Assembly: GCA_038850285.1 (NCBI GenBank)
Contig: JAWCMA010000008.1
Location: 1 to 33,372 of the forward strand
Source of the DNA: Methanocellales archaeon
Lineage (GTDB): Archaea > Halobacteriota > JAWCLZ01
Reading direction: 5' to 3'
Length of the DNA: 33,372 nt
Shown here: positions 7,455-15,760 of the stretch, in pieces
How the letters are laid out: every line of letters begins with the position of its first letter
Position numbering within the stretch: position 1 is the stretch's first letter
Made by a program: the position numbers and the translations under genes
Notes under the pieces: generated by a model
The model's input: only the letters and a program-made list of their open reading frames with translations
What the model was told of the DNA's origin: nothing
Databases searched by the model: none

Positions 7455-9017
7455 CTATTGAGGCATATTGCTGTGTTTCTTCCTAGGTCTATCCTCTCGC
7501 TTTGTTGCAAGTATCCTCAGGGCACTTATCAGCACAGGTCTAGTATCCTGAGGCTCGATAACTCCATCGATGTAGAGCTTGGAAGCAGCATCATATGGGT
7601 TTGCGAATTTCTTTTTATAGTCCTCGATGAGTTTTTCTCTTAATGCCTCTGGATCTTTAGCTGCAGCTATTTCCTTTGCAAAAACAACATCAACAGCTCC
7701 ATCTGGTCCCATGACTGCGATCTCAGCGGTTGGATATGCAAATACGAAGTCCGCGCCTAGGTCTTTGCTGCACATAGCGAGGTAGCTGCCGCCATAGGCC
7801 TTTCTCAATACTAATGTAATTTTCGGCACAGTGGCCTCTGAATATGCGAAGAGCATTTTCGCTCCATGTCTAATTATACCAAGATATTCCTGCTGCACCC
7901 CTGGGAGATAGCCTGGTACGTCTACGAATTGAATTAGCGGTATATTGAAGCAGTCGCAGAATCTAATGAATCTCGAGCCTTTATCAGAGGAATCTACATC
8001 TAAGGAGCCGGCTAAAACCTTGGGCTGATTTGCAACGATGCCTATGGATCTGCCGTCTAAGCGGGCAAAGCCCACAACTATATTCCTCGCAAAGTTCTCT
8101 TTGATTTCAAAGAAATATCCATCGTCCACTACTCTCTTTATAACATCTCTGACATCATAGGATTTCTTGGGGTTAACAGGCACCATTTCATTCAAACTTG
8201 GATCGCGTCTATCCCAGGGATCACTTGTGGGCTTAATTGGCGGGTCTTCGAGGTTATTTGAAGGTAAAAAACTCAATAGTTCTTTGATCAATTGAAGGCA
8301 ATGCTCATCGTTGACTGCCACTAAATCGCAGAGTCCACTTTTAGTAGCGTGTACAGTTGCACCCCCAAGTGTTTCTGAGGTAACCTCCTCGCCAGTAACT
8401 GCTTTGATAACCTTTGGACCTGTGATATGGGCGTAGCTGAATTTATCAACCATGATGGTGAAATCCTGCAAAGCTGGGGAGTAAACCGCTCCTCCTGCAC
8501 AGGGTCCCATAAGTGCCGCGATCTGGGGTGTAACTCCAGAATAAATTGAGTTTCTATAGAAAATCTGACCATAACCAGCGAGTGCATCAACTCCCTCTTG
8601 AACTCTCGCACCCGCTGAATCGCATAATCCAATGACAGGCGCTCCTATTTTAGCGGCTAGGTCCATTACATCGCAGATTTTCTTAGCATGCGCAAGTCCA
8701 AGTGAGCCTCCTATCACCGTGAAATCTTGAGCAAATACGCAAACCACGCGGCCGTCTATGGTGCCATAGCCAGTTATAACTGCATCCGCTGGTGCTTCTC
8801 TCTTTTCCATGCCAAAATCGAAGCAGCGATGCCTTACTAGAGCCTCGAGCTCCACAAAGCTACCTGGGTCTAAAAGCTTTTGGATTCTCTCCCTCGCTGT
8901 GAGCCTTCCCCCTTTCTTCTGTTTCTCAATTTTCTCAGGACCACCCGCAGCCTTTACAGCCTCGAGTTTCTTTTTAAGATCAAGTATCAATGTTTGCATT
9001 TCCTCAGCGTTAGTCAT
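7455..9017 (-). CDS. pccB: Acyl-CoA (propionyl/acetyl-CoA) carboxylase carboxyltransferase subunit (PccB/MmdA family)
   Basis: TARERI..LLDPGSF, QDFTVIGGS, DSAGARVQEG, GPCAGGAVYSPA, VDVPGYLPG, RKAYGG and KKHSNMP. Substrate not determined. Confidence 0.9.
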   Translation of the reverse strand: MTNAEEMQTLILDLKKKLEAVKAAGGPEKIEKQKKGGRLTARERIQKLLDPGSFVELEALVRHRCFDFGMEKREAPADAVITGYGTIDGRVVCVFAQDFTVIGGSLGLAHAKKICDVMDLAAKIGAPVIGLCDSAGARVQEGVDALAGYGQIFYRNSIYSGVTPQIAALMGPCAGGAVYSPALQDFTIMVDKFSYAHITGPKVIKAVTGEEVTSETLGGATVHATKSGLCDLVAVNDEHCLQLIKELLSFLPSNNLEDPPIKPTSDPWDRRDPSLNEMVPVNPKKSYDVRDVIKRVVDDGYFFEIKENFARNIVVGFARLDGRSIGIVANQPKVLAGSLDVDSSDKGSRFIRFCDCFNIPLIQFVDVPGYLPGVQQEYLGIIRHGAKMLFAYSEATVPKITLVLRKAYGGSYLAMCSKDLGADFVFAYPTAEIAVMGPDGAVDVVFAKEIAAAKDPEALREKLIEDYKKKFANPYDAASKLYIDGVIEPQDTRPVLISALRILATKREDRPRKKHSNMPQ

Positions 9018-9122
9018 CCTTCACCACGACCTTCTCTTTTTCCTTTCTATTATATAATTATATCAATTTTGTTTAATGATATTCGATATCAATCCTCAGC
9101 ACTGGAAATGCTAAAGATAGAG

Positions 9123-9755
9123 CTATAGCTTTCTCAGCCATTGCTTGAAAAGCAAACTTAGAGGAATTTTTTTACTTGCAATCTTAGTTTTCCCCGCCTT
9201 TATAGCTTGAAGCACGCTTTCCTGATTCAACTCGCAATCTATCTCTGTAACTGCATAGCCAATGAGCTCCGCGCAGTGAGCATCGCTACCTGCAATTACA
9301 GGTAAAGAATATTTTCTGGCAATTTGTTTAGCAAACTTTGTATTTGCAAATGGTTTTGGGTTAAAAATTTCAATGGCATCTATATCAAGGCCGTCTATCT
9401 CTCTCAAGCTATTTCGAAATAGAGCACGTGGATGGGGGGCAACAATCAAGCCTTTCATTTCCCGTGCAATTCTTATTGTTTCATTCACCGGGAGCATTCG
9501 AGGTATATCTTCTACAATGCCAAGCACAATTAAATGTCCCTCTCTAGTTGAAACCTCTATTCCTGGGATTATAAGAATGGATAGATCTTGCTTCTCCACT
9601 ATTTCCATTGCCTCCATTGCACCACTTAAGGTATCGTGATCAGTGATTGCAATTCCATGAAGCCCGAGGCTTACTGCTTGCTTTAAAATTTTTTCAACCG
9701 AGTCAATGCCATCCCTAGAGTGATTCGAATGCACGTGGAATTCAAATTTAAACAT
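9123..9755 (-). CDS. PHP-domain metal-dependent phosphoesterase
   Basis: HVHS..S.DG, AITDHD, GIEVST, APHP and GSDAH. Confidence 0.9.
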   Translation of the reverse strand: MFKFEFHVHSNHSRDGIDSVEKILKQAVSLGLHGIAITDHDTLSGAMEAMEIVEKQDLSILIIPGIEVSTREGHLIVLGIVEDIPRMLPVNETIRIAREMKGLIVAPHPRALFRNSLREIDGLDIDAIEIFNPKPFANTKFAKQIARKYSLPVIAGSDAHCAELIGYAVTEIDCELNQESVLQAIKAGKTKIASKKIPLSLLFKQWLRKL

Positions 9756-9761
9756 TATATT

Positions 9762-9974
9762 TTAATCCACCACTTCCATTTCATCTTTTATGCTTATAAG
9801 AGGCTGAAACTTTCTCTTCCTAAACTTTATTTTATACTCCCCGCGCAGATAGCTTTCGCAAAACTCTCTATCGATATTGCATTTCTCGCAAGAGAAGTCT
9901 TGTTTTAAATTAGAGCCGCTTGCTTCAAACAGTGCCTTGAAAAAGCAGCCTTCTCTCACACGCCACTCAGCCAA
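9762..9974 (-). CDS. Small hypothetical protein with four Cys (CEKC)
   Basis: TTG start preceded by GAGGGG; fills the gap and ends 6 nt before the PHP start. Confidence 0.6.
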   Translation of the reverse strand: MAEWRVREGCFFKALFEASGSNLKQDFSCEKCNIDREFCESYLRGEYKIKFRKRKFQPLISIKDEMEVVD

Positions 9975-10029
9975 TTCATTCCCCTCTTATTAATAATGAT
10001 TATATTATTCCCTTAGCATAATCTTAACT

Positions 10030-11514
10030 ATGAATGTTTTAATAGTAACTGGTCGCAAAGCCTTAAATGTAGTTAGAAAAGCTATTGAGGGATTAAAAGA
10101 TGTAAATGTAGCTGTAGAGATTGAAGTTTTAGATTTAGATATAGCGGCTTTCACAACACCAAAACTTTTGAGAAATGCACTTCTAAATCTAAAGCAAAAA
10201 TTCGACCTCGTATTGGTTTCAGGTTTATGCGGTGCAGATTTTTCAAAGCTGGAGAGAGAATTCAACCTTAAAATAAGACTCGGGCCTAAGCATGCTTCAG
10301 ACCTCGAATTGATTTTGAAATATGCAGATAAAATTGAGTTTTCCAGCAAAATTCCAGCTTGCGTGCTCTTAGCTGAGTTAATTAGAAAAGATGCAATTCA
10401 AAAGGTTCAAGCACTTGAAGAGAAAGCAGAGTATGAGTTTTTGATTAAAAATATAAAGATAGGCAGCAGCTCGAGAATGAAGGTGCTCGCTGAAATCGTG
10501 GATGCCACGCGCTTAAAGAGAGAAGCCCTGCTTAAGAGAGCAAAATATTATGTCAAGGAAGGCGCGGATATCATCGATTTAGGGGTGCATTTAGAGGCGG
10601 AAGTGGAAGATGTGGAAAGGATATTTCAAATATTGAAGCCATGTGATCTCACATTGAGTATAGATACTCTAGATGGAGAATTAATAAAAGCAGGTGTAGA
10701 GGCAGGGGCTGATTTGATATTGAGCTTGAACTCAGCTAATCTAGAAATAGCGGGTGAGGCAGTTGCAAATAGCGAGGCAGCTGCTGTGATAATTCCAGAT
10801 GGAGAAGACCTAAGCAGTCTCTTTAGAAACATTGAGAGAGCTAGAGCGATTGGAATAAAAAAGGCAATCGCGGATCCCATTCTTAATCCAGTTGGCCAGA
10901 GCTTTATGGAGAGCTTGATGCGGTATTATAAATTTAGAGAACTCGATCCCAAAACACCTCTCTTATTTGGAGCTGGCAATGTTGCTGAATTAATAGACGC
11001 TGATTCCCCCGGTGTTCACGCTATTCTAGCTGGACTTGCACTGGAGTTGAATGCAAATATCCTCTTTACTCCTGAACACAGCCAGAAAGCAAGGGGCAGC
11101 GTGAGAGAACTTAAAACTGCCAGTGAAATGATGCTCCTGGCAAGAGATAGGCAAACAGTCCCAAAAGACCTAGGGATAGATCTCCTCAGTATAAAGGAGA
11201 AGAGAGACCGCCCTAGTTTACTAGAATTAAGCGAGCTAAAGATAATAAATGCAGAGAAATCCAAGAGCTGGAGGCTTGATCCAAAGGGCTGCTTTAAAAT
11301 CGGTATCGTGGAGCTAGATGGTGAGGAAGTTATATTAGCGTTGCATGAAAATCTCGGGATAAAAGGTAAAACAGCTAAGGAGATCTTGGATACCATTTTA
11401 AGGCATGAGTTGATATCAAGTTTAGAGCACGCGGCTTACCTCGGGCGAGAACTTATGAAAGCAGAGCTTGCTCTGAAGTTCAAGAGGAGCTATGCACAAG
11501 ACGATGAATTTTAG
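10030..11514 (+). CDS. Dihydropteroate synthase-like protein (pterin-binding TIM barrel with C-terminal DUF4346-like domain)
   Basis: AEIVDA, GADIIDLG, SIDTLD, DPIL, GNVAELIDADSPG, DPKGCFKI and EHAAYLGRELMKAE...YAQD. Confidence 0.88.
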   Translation: MNVLIVTGRKALNVVRKAIEGLKDVNVAVEIEVLDLDIAAFTTPKLLRNALLNLKQKFDLVLVSGLCGADFSKLEREFNLKIRLGPKHASDLELILKYADKIEFSSKIPACVLLAELIRKDAIQKVQALEEKAEYEFLIKNIKIGSSSRMKVLAEIVDATRLKREALLKRAKYYVKEGADIIDLGVHLEAEVEDVERIFQILKPCDLTLSIDTLDGELIKAGVEAGADLILSLNSANLEIAGEAVANSEAAAVIIPDGEDLSSLFRNIERARAIGIKKAIADPILNPVGQSFMESLMRYYKFRELDPKTPLLFGAGNVAELIDADSPGVHAILAGLALELNANILFTPEHSQKARGSVRELKTASEMMLLARDRQTVPKDLGIDLLSIKEKRDRPSLLELSELKIINAEKSKSWRLDPKGCFKIGIVELDGEEVILALHENLGIKGKTAKEILDTILRHELISSLEHAAYLGRELMKAELALKFKRSYAQDDEF

Positions 11515-12316
11515 AATCATTTTTCTGTTTTCTGTTTTTCTGGAATACCATAATATATTCGTGCTTGAAAATATAGAAGCCTGCTTTAAATGCGCGATAT
11601 CTCCAGAGATTATTCGCTAAGCCCTTGCCTCTTTCATTGCCAACTATATTCTTCACGATTATGCTCTTAAGTTTGAATCCGAAGTTTAAAACTTCATTCA
11701 TAGTTAGAAATCCCAGTGGTACCCATTCACCTCTTTGATACTTATCACCTATAACCAAAACTAGAAAGCGCTTGGAATCAAGCAGTGGAGTGGTATTTTC
11801 AAGCACCTCGTTAAACATGTGGAGATATTCTTCAACGCTTGGAGCATTGGATAGATCTCTTTTATCGCTGCTAAATTTTATCACATCGTGATAGGGAGGA
11901 TGGAGGATTAGAAGCTGCACACCTTCAATCCCTGCTTTCTCTCTGATATTTATCTTCCTGCTATCTCCAATCAAGATCTTTATCTTTGCATTGCTCTTAG
12001 AGATTTTCTGCTGAGCCTCAATCTTTGCTTTTGCAATTCTAGCTATTTCTGCATTCAACTCAATGCCAATGCCATTTCTCCTGAGCCGAACGCATTCAAT
12101 TAAGGTTGTACCAAGCCCTAGGAATGCATCTAAAACAGTTTCACCTTCTCTGGTATAGCGAAGTAGCATTTGATTTGGAATCTGAGGTATGAAGTTCCCC
12201 CAGTATTCCCCTGAATGCGCATCGCTTGAATCCCTTTTGTTGATTATCCACAAACTATCAGTGAGGATATTTGAATACTGCTTCCAGTTTTTTAAATCAA
12301 GGTCGTTTATCCTCAT
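11480..12316 (-). CDS. SAM-dependent amino-methyltransferase (N4/N6 DNA methylase / Trm11-like), orphan
   Basis: Motif I VLDAFLGLGTT, GIELN, motif IV-like ILHPPY, and HEYIMVFQK. Confidence 0.8.
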   Translation of the reverse strand: MRINDLDLKNWKQYSNILTDSLWIINKRDSSDAHSGEYWGNFIPQIPNQMLLRYTREGETVLDAFLGLGTTLIECVRLRRNGIGIELNAEIARIAKAKIEAQQKISKSNAKIKILIGDSRKINIREKAGIEGVQLLILHPPYHDVIKFSSDKRDLSNAPSVEEYLHMFNEVLENTTPLLDSKRFLVLVIGDKYQRGEWVPLGFLTMNEVLNFGFKLKSIIVKNIVGNERGKGLANNLWRYRAFKAGFYIFKHEYIMVFQKNRKQKNDSKIHRLVHSSS

Positions 12317-12945
12317 TTCGATCTTTTACCAGAATCAACGCGATCAGCAAATGCAAGATTGCCTGAGAGCTTTTTAACTACAACTCTAACGGTCTCGCCT
12401 TTTTGAGCTCCAGGAACGAAAATAGTAATACCGCTAACTATGGCGATACCATCGCCTTTCTTGCCAACTGCGCTAATCTGAAGTTCATATTCCTTGCCTT
12501 CCTCAACAGTTTGAGGTGCTACCACTGGCTTCTTGAGCACTCTCCTCTGCACTGGTCTCCAAGCACCGCAAGCATCACATTTGAGCATGAGAATCCTATC
12601 CTGTTTAATAAGATGTGTATCTGGTCTACCGCATTCTTGACAGGTGACGAATTCCTCAACATATCTATTTATCTGCATCCAAATTGCATCAGCGGTGAAC
12701 TTGCCTTGGAAGATTGCCCTCGAGCCGTCGATCTTGCCAGCGGTACCCATTTCACGCACTAGGAATTTCATAACATGGTCGGGATCTCGATTGAGCACGC
12801 TAACTATGTCCTTAAAATTATCCAGAACCGTGGTTCTACCCTCTGAGAATACCCTTGGGGGTGGAATAATAAAGCGAGTATCACTTACCTTCACGGGCGG
12901 TGCTTTTTTCATTGCGCGATTGAGAATTGATTCATATTCATCCAG
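12313..12945 (-). CDS. eif2b: Translation initiation factor 2 beta subunit with C-terminal TRAM domain; probable CTG start
   Basis: EYESILNRA helix, LNRDPDHVMKFLVREMGTAG, zinc ribbon CQEC/CDAC, TRAM (GKKGDGIA...IFVPGA). The track's 13209 start overlaps the divergent gene. Confidence 0.9.
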   Translation of the reverse strand: MDEYESILNRAMKKAPPVKVSDTRFIIPPPRVFSEGRTTVLDNFKDIVSVLNRDPDHVMKFLVREMGTAGKIDGSRAIFQGKFTADAIWMQINRYVEEFVTCQECGRPDTHLIKQDRILMLKCDACGAWRPVQRRVLKKPVVAPQTVEEGKEYELQISAVGKKGDGIAIVSGITIFVPGAQKGETVRVVVKKLSGNLAFADRVDSGKRSK

Positions 12946-13038
12946 CGTGCTAACACTTCCTTTTACTTTTATTCTCTCATATCTATTCCAACTATTTAAG
13001 GATGCTTCTAAGCTTGCAAACTTTAGATTAAGAATTAA

Positions 13039-13078
13039 GATAAGATGATAAGATAATAAGATAGTAAAAGAGTAAAAA
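13039..13078. repeat. Degenerate 8-bp tandem repeat in divergent intergenic region
   Basis: GATAAGAT GATAAGAT AATAAGAT AGTAAAAG AGTAAAAA. Confidence 0.5.
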
Positions 13079-13087
13079 GTAAGCAAC

Positions 13088-13741
13088 ATGAAAATCCTAG
13101 CTCTTTCAGATCTCCATGGTAAATGCTCGAAACTGGATAAAATTCTATCTGCCTCAGGCGAGGTTGATTTAATCCTATTCGCTGGCGATATCACTGATTT
13201 GGGATTCATTGGCAGTGCTAAAGTGCTTATGAAGCTGTGGAGTAAAAAAGTGCTTGCAGTTCAAGGTAACTGCGATCTTCCTTGGGATAAAGCATTTTTT
13301 GATTTCTCAAGAGCAATTAATTTGCATGCCTCGAGTTTGCAGATAGACGATTTTTTGTTTATGGGCCTAGGCGGATCTAATATAACTCCATATAATACGC
13401 CTTATGAGCTGACTGAGTGCGAGATCCGTGAAATTTTAAAGCAATTCGAAGGTGCTGTAAGAAATCACGTAGGGAGAAAAATATTGGTTTCCCATGTGCC
13501 TCCATTTGAAATTTTAGACCTCACCAAAGATTATATAAATGCTGGAAGCTATGCCCTGCGGGAATTTCTTGAGAGCAATGAGCTTGACCTTGTTATCTGC
13601 GGGCACATTCACGAGGCATATGGTATAGATCGACTTGGTAAAACGCTAATTGTTAATACAGGTGCAGCTGAAGTTGGGCAAGCAGCTTTTATAGAAATCA
13701 ATGTTGGTATCGAGGTGCAGCTTTTAAAATTAGATGATTAA
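13088..13741 (+). CDS. Calcineurin-like metallophosphoesterase
   Basis: SDLHG, AGDIT, GNCD, SHVPP, CGHIHE and NTG motifs. Confidence 0.92.
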   Translation: MKILALSDLHGKCSKLDKILSASGEVDLILFAGDITDLGFIGSAKVLMKLWSKKVLAVQGNCDLPWDKAFFDFSRAINLHASSLQIDDFLFMGLGGSNITPYNTPYELTECEIREILKQFEGAVRNHVGRKILVSHVPPFEILDLTKDYINAGSYALREFLESNELDLVICGHIHEAYGIDRLGKTLIVNTGAAEVGQAAFIEINVGIEVQLLKLDD

Positions 13742-13751
13742 GCAGTAGGTA

Positions 13752-14288
13752 TTACTTTTTAGCTAGAAGTAGCTCGAGATATGATTGTCGAATTGAATTC
13801 CTCGGGTTTAAGCCTAGTTTTTGAAGTAAATCGAAAACTTGCTTACGCTTGGCCTTGAAGTTTTTCTCTGCTGCAGCTGCTTCAACTTCTATAAAGCTAC
13901 CAAGCTGCTCCACTTGATCTAGATAGATCTTAAGGCCTTGAGATCTATAAATTCTCCTTATTTTATTTACAACTGCTACCTCGCGATATCCAAGGCGAAG
14001 CAGTAAATTACGCATTTTTATAGCTGATTTGGCTTTGATTTCTATTTCAATTTCTCTCCGACTCTTGGTTTCCCCATTGAACTTTGCGCCTTTATATGTT
14101 AAAAAAAGCTTTCCATTTTCAATTCTAATTCTGAGTGCTTCATCGGTTTTTGCAAAATCTCTATCTGGCGCGTTGAAGTATATATCAAGCTGCTTTTTTT
14201 CACCAGCTGATTTCATTCCCATTTGCTTTACTTTATTCTCCAGTGCCACTAGGTCTTCAACTGCAAGTTTAACTTCAACTTCGATCAT
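13752..14288 (-). CDS. cyaB: CYTH-family class IV adenylate cyclase / triphosphate tunnel metalloenzyme
   Basis: IEVEVK, QLDIYF, DEALRIR, LTYKG, KSRREIE, GSFIEVE and SYLELL. Confidence 0.9.
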   Translation of the reverse strand: MIEVEVKLAVEDLVALENKVKQMGMKSAGEKKQLDIYFNAPDRDFAKTDEALRIRIENGKLFLTYKGAKFNGETKSRREIEIEIKAKSAIKMRNLLLRLGYREVAVVNKIRRIYRSQGLKIYLDQVEQLGSFIEVEAAAAEKNFKAKRKQVFDLLQKLGLNPRNSIRQSYLELLLAKK

Positions 14289-14371
14289 TAAAAGTTTCTA
14301 TAATGATTTTTGCTTATATTCTTTGCCTGCGTAATTTAAAAAAACCAAATATTTTTATAAAAAAATCGAAT

Positions 14372-14426
14372 TAAAAAATATATATACTGAAATCATCAAG
14401 TTAGCACTGTTTTAAATAAATGGAGA
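14372..14426 (+). promoter_or_regulatory. Putative fpo operon promoter and RBS
   Basis: AAAAAATATATATA (BRE/TATA-like) about 50 nt upstream of fpoA; GGAG before ATG 14434. Confidence 0.5.
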
Positions 14427-14433
14427 AATTGTT

Positions 14434-14802
14434 ATGGCTGTAGCAGATGCGTATATTTCAATTGGCATATTTATCATCGCAGCCTTAGTTCTGCCGATTG
14501 TAATGCTTATTATAGGCTGGCTATTTGAATTAAGGCCAAGCAATCCCACACCCACCAAATTACTTCCCTTCGAATGCGGCTCAATACCAATCGGCCCCAC
14601 TCCCTCTCGCTTCGGTATCTCTTACTATATGTATGGCCTCCTCCTAGTAATTTTTGATGTTGAAACAGTTTTCCTCTACCCATGGGCTATTTCATTTTTG
14701 AAGATAGGTTTGATGGCAATAATTGAAATGTTCATCTTCATTGGCGTTCTAGTAATAGGTTTAATATACGCTTGGAAAAAGGGGGCGCTGGAATGGGTGT
14801 GA
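14434..14802 (+). CDS. fpoA: Fpo/Nuo subunit A
   Basis: FECG, FDVETVFLYPWA, WKKGALEW; three TM helices. Confidence 0.93.
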   Translation: MAVADAYISIGIFIIAALVLPIVMLIIGWLFELRPSNPTPTKLLPFECGSIPIGPTPSRFGISYYMYGLLLVIFDVETVFLYPWAISFLKIGLMAIIEMFIFIGVLVIGLIYAWKKGALEWV

Positions 14803-15284
14803 TCTTCACAACCTTGAAAGATCTCCTCAACTGGGGCAGAAAGAACTCCCTATGGCCATTCATTCAACCAATGGGATGCTGTGGCATAGAAATTTTGAAT
14901 ATAGGTAACCCAGTTTTCGATACCGATAGATATGGAATCGTACCCAGAGATTCCCCTAGACAGTGCGATGTGATGGTAATAAGCGGTTGGATAACTTGGA
15001 AACTGCTCCCTAGAATACAGCGAGTTTGGGAGCAAATGCCGGAGCCAAAATATGTTATAGCAATGGGAGAATGTGCAATTAGCGGCGGGCCTCAATGGGA
15101 TTCCTATAATATAGTGGATAATATAGGCGATTACTTCCCAATCGATGTATACGTCCCAGGCTGCCCTCCTAGGCCGGATGCTCTATTTGAAGGATATCTA
15201 AAGCTTCAGGAGAAAATAGCGAAAGAAGGAGAACTCAATGGTTTGCCTAGGAAAGGAAAGCACGCGCGCAAGGTGGAGGTATGA
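14793..15284 (+). CDS. fpoB: Fpo/Nuo subunit B (N2 cluster)
   Basis: GCCGIE, SPRQCD, MGECAISGG and PGCPP. Start placed at ATG 14793. Confidence 0.93.
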   Translation: MGVIFTTLKDLLNWGRKNSLWPFIQPMGCCGIEILNIGNPVFDTDRYGIVPRDSPRQCDVMVISGWITWKLLPRIQRVWEQMPEPKYVIAMGECAISGGPQWDSYNIVDNIGDYFPIDVYVPGCPPRPDALFEGYLKLQEKIAKEGELNGLPRKGKHARKVEV

Positions 15285-15760
15285 TTACCTTGACCGAGCT
15301 AGAGAAGGAAAATCAAATTTTAGAGGCAATTAAAAATCAATTCCCCGAGGATATAATCGAAGCCAAGGTTCAAAGGAAAAATCGAGTGCTCCTTAAAATC
15401 AAAAAAGAAAAACTATTCGAGATCTGTAAGTTTGCTAGTGAAAAACTCGAACTTGAACACCTTTCAAGCATAGCTGGCGTTGACTATGGCAGTGAATTTG
15501 AAGTGGTACATCACATCGCAACTTACAAGCACCCTGTCATATTAATTTTAAAAACTCGCATACCTGCTCAAGAACCAAGGATTCCCTCAGTTGTATCCAT
15601 CTGGTGGAATGCCAACTGGTATGAGCGCGAGACCTACGACCTCCTCGGCATAGTCTTCGAAGGCCACCCAAGACTTGAGCGCTTGCTGCTTCCGCAGGAG
15701 TGGAAAGTGCATCCCTTGAGGAAAGAATGGAAATTACCTAAGAAGGCGGTGGAAAAATGA
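15281..15760 (+). CDS. fpoC: Fpo/Nuo subunit C
   Basis: ANWYERETYDLLGIVFEGHP and HPLRK. Confidence 0.93.
   Translation: MITLTELEKENQILEAIKNQFPEDIIEAKVQRKNRVLLKIKKEKLFEICKFASEKLELEHLSSIAGVDYGSEFEVVHHIATYKHPVILILKTRIPAQEPRIPSVVSIWWNANWYERETYDLLGIVFEGHPRLERLLLPQEWKVHPLRKEWKLPKKAVEK

Noticed and set aside
6736-9017. Na+-pumping methylmalonyl-CoA decarboxylase
   Set aside because: No membrane beta subunit in the cluster, the small subunit lacks a clear TM anchor, and a biotin carboxylase is present.
9040-9100. BirA operator upstream of pccB (palindromes ATATAATTATAT and TGATAT-N3-ATATCA)
   Set aside because: No match to the TGTAAAC-N-GTTTACA consensus; AT-rich palindromes are expected near TATA elements.
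3398-9908. Numerous short antisense or alternate-frame ORFs over the carboxylase cluster (and similar ones across the window)
   Set aside because: They are shadows of well-supported genes and have no motifs.
13039-13078. Periodic repeat as CRISPR or origin
   Set aside because: 8-bp degenerate units without spacers; no cas or cdc6/ORB features nearby.
12946-13209. 88-aa N-terminal extension of aIF2-beta in the ORF track
   Set aside because: It overlaps the divergent metallophosphoesterase and the intergenic promoter and has no aIF2-beta character.
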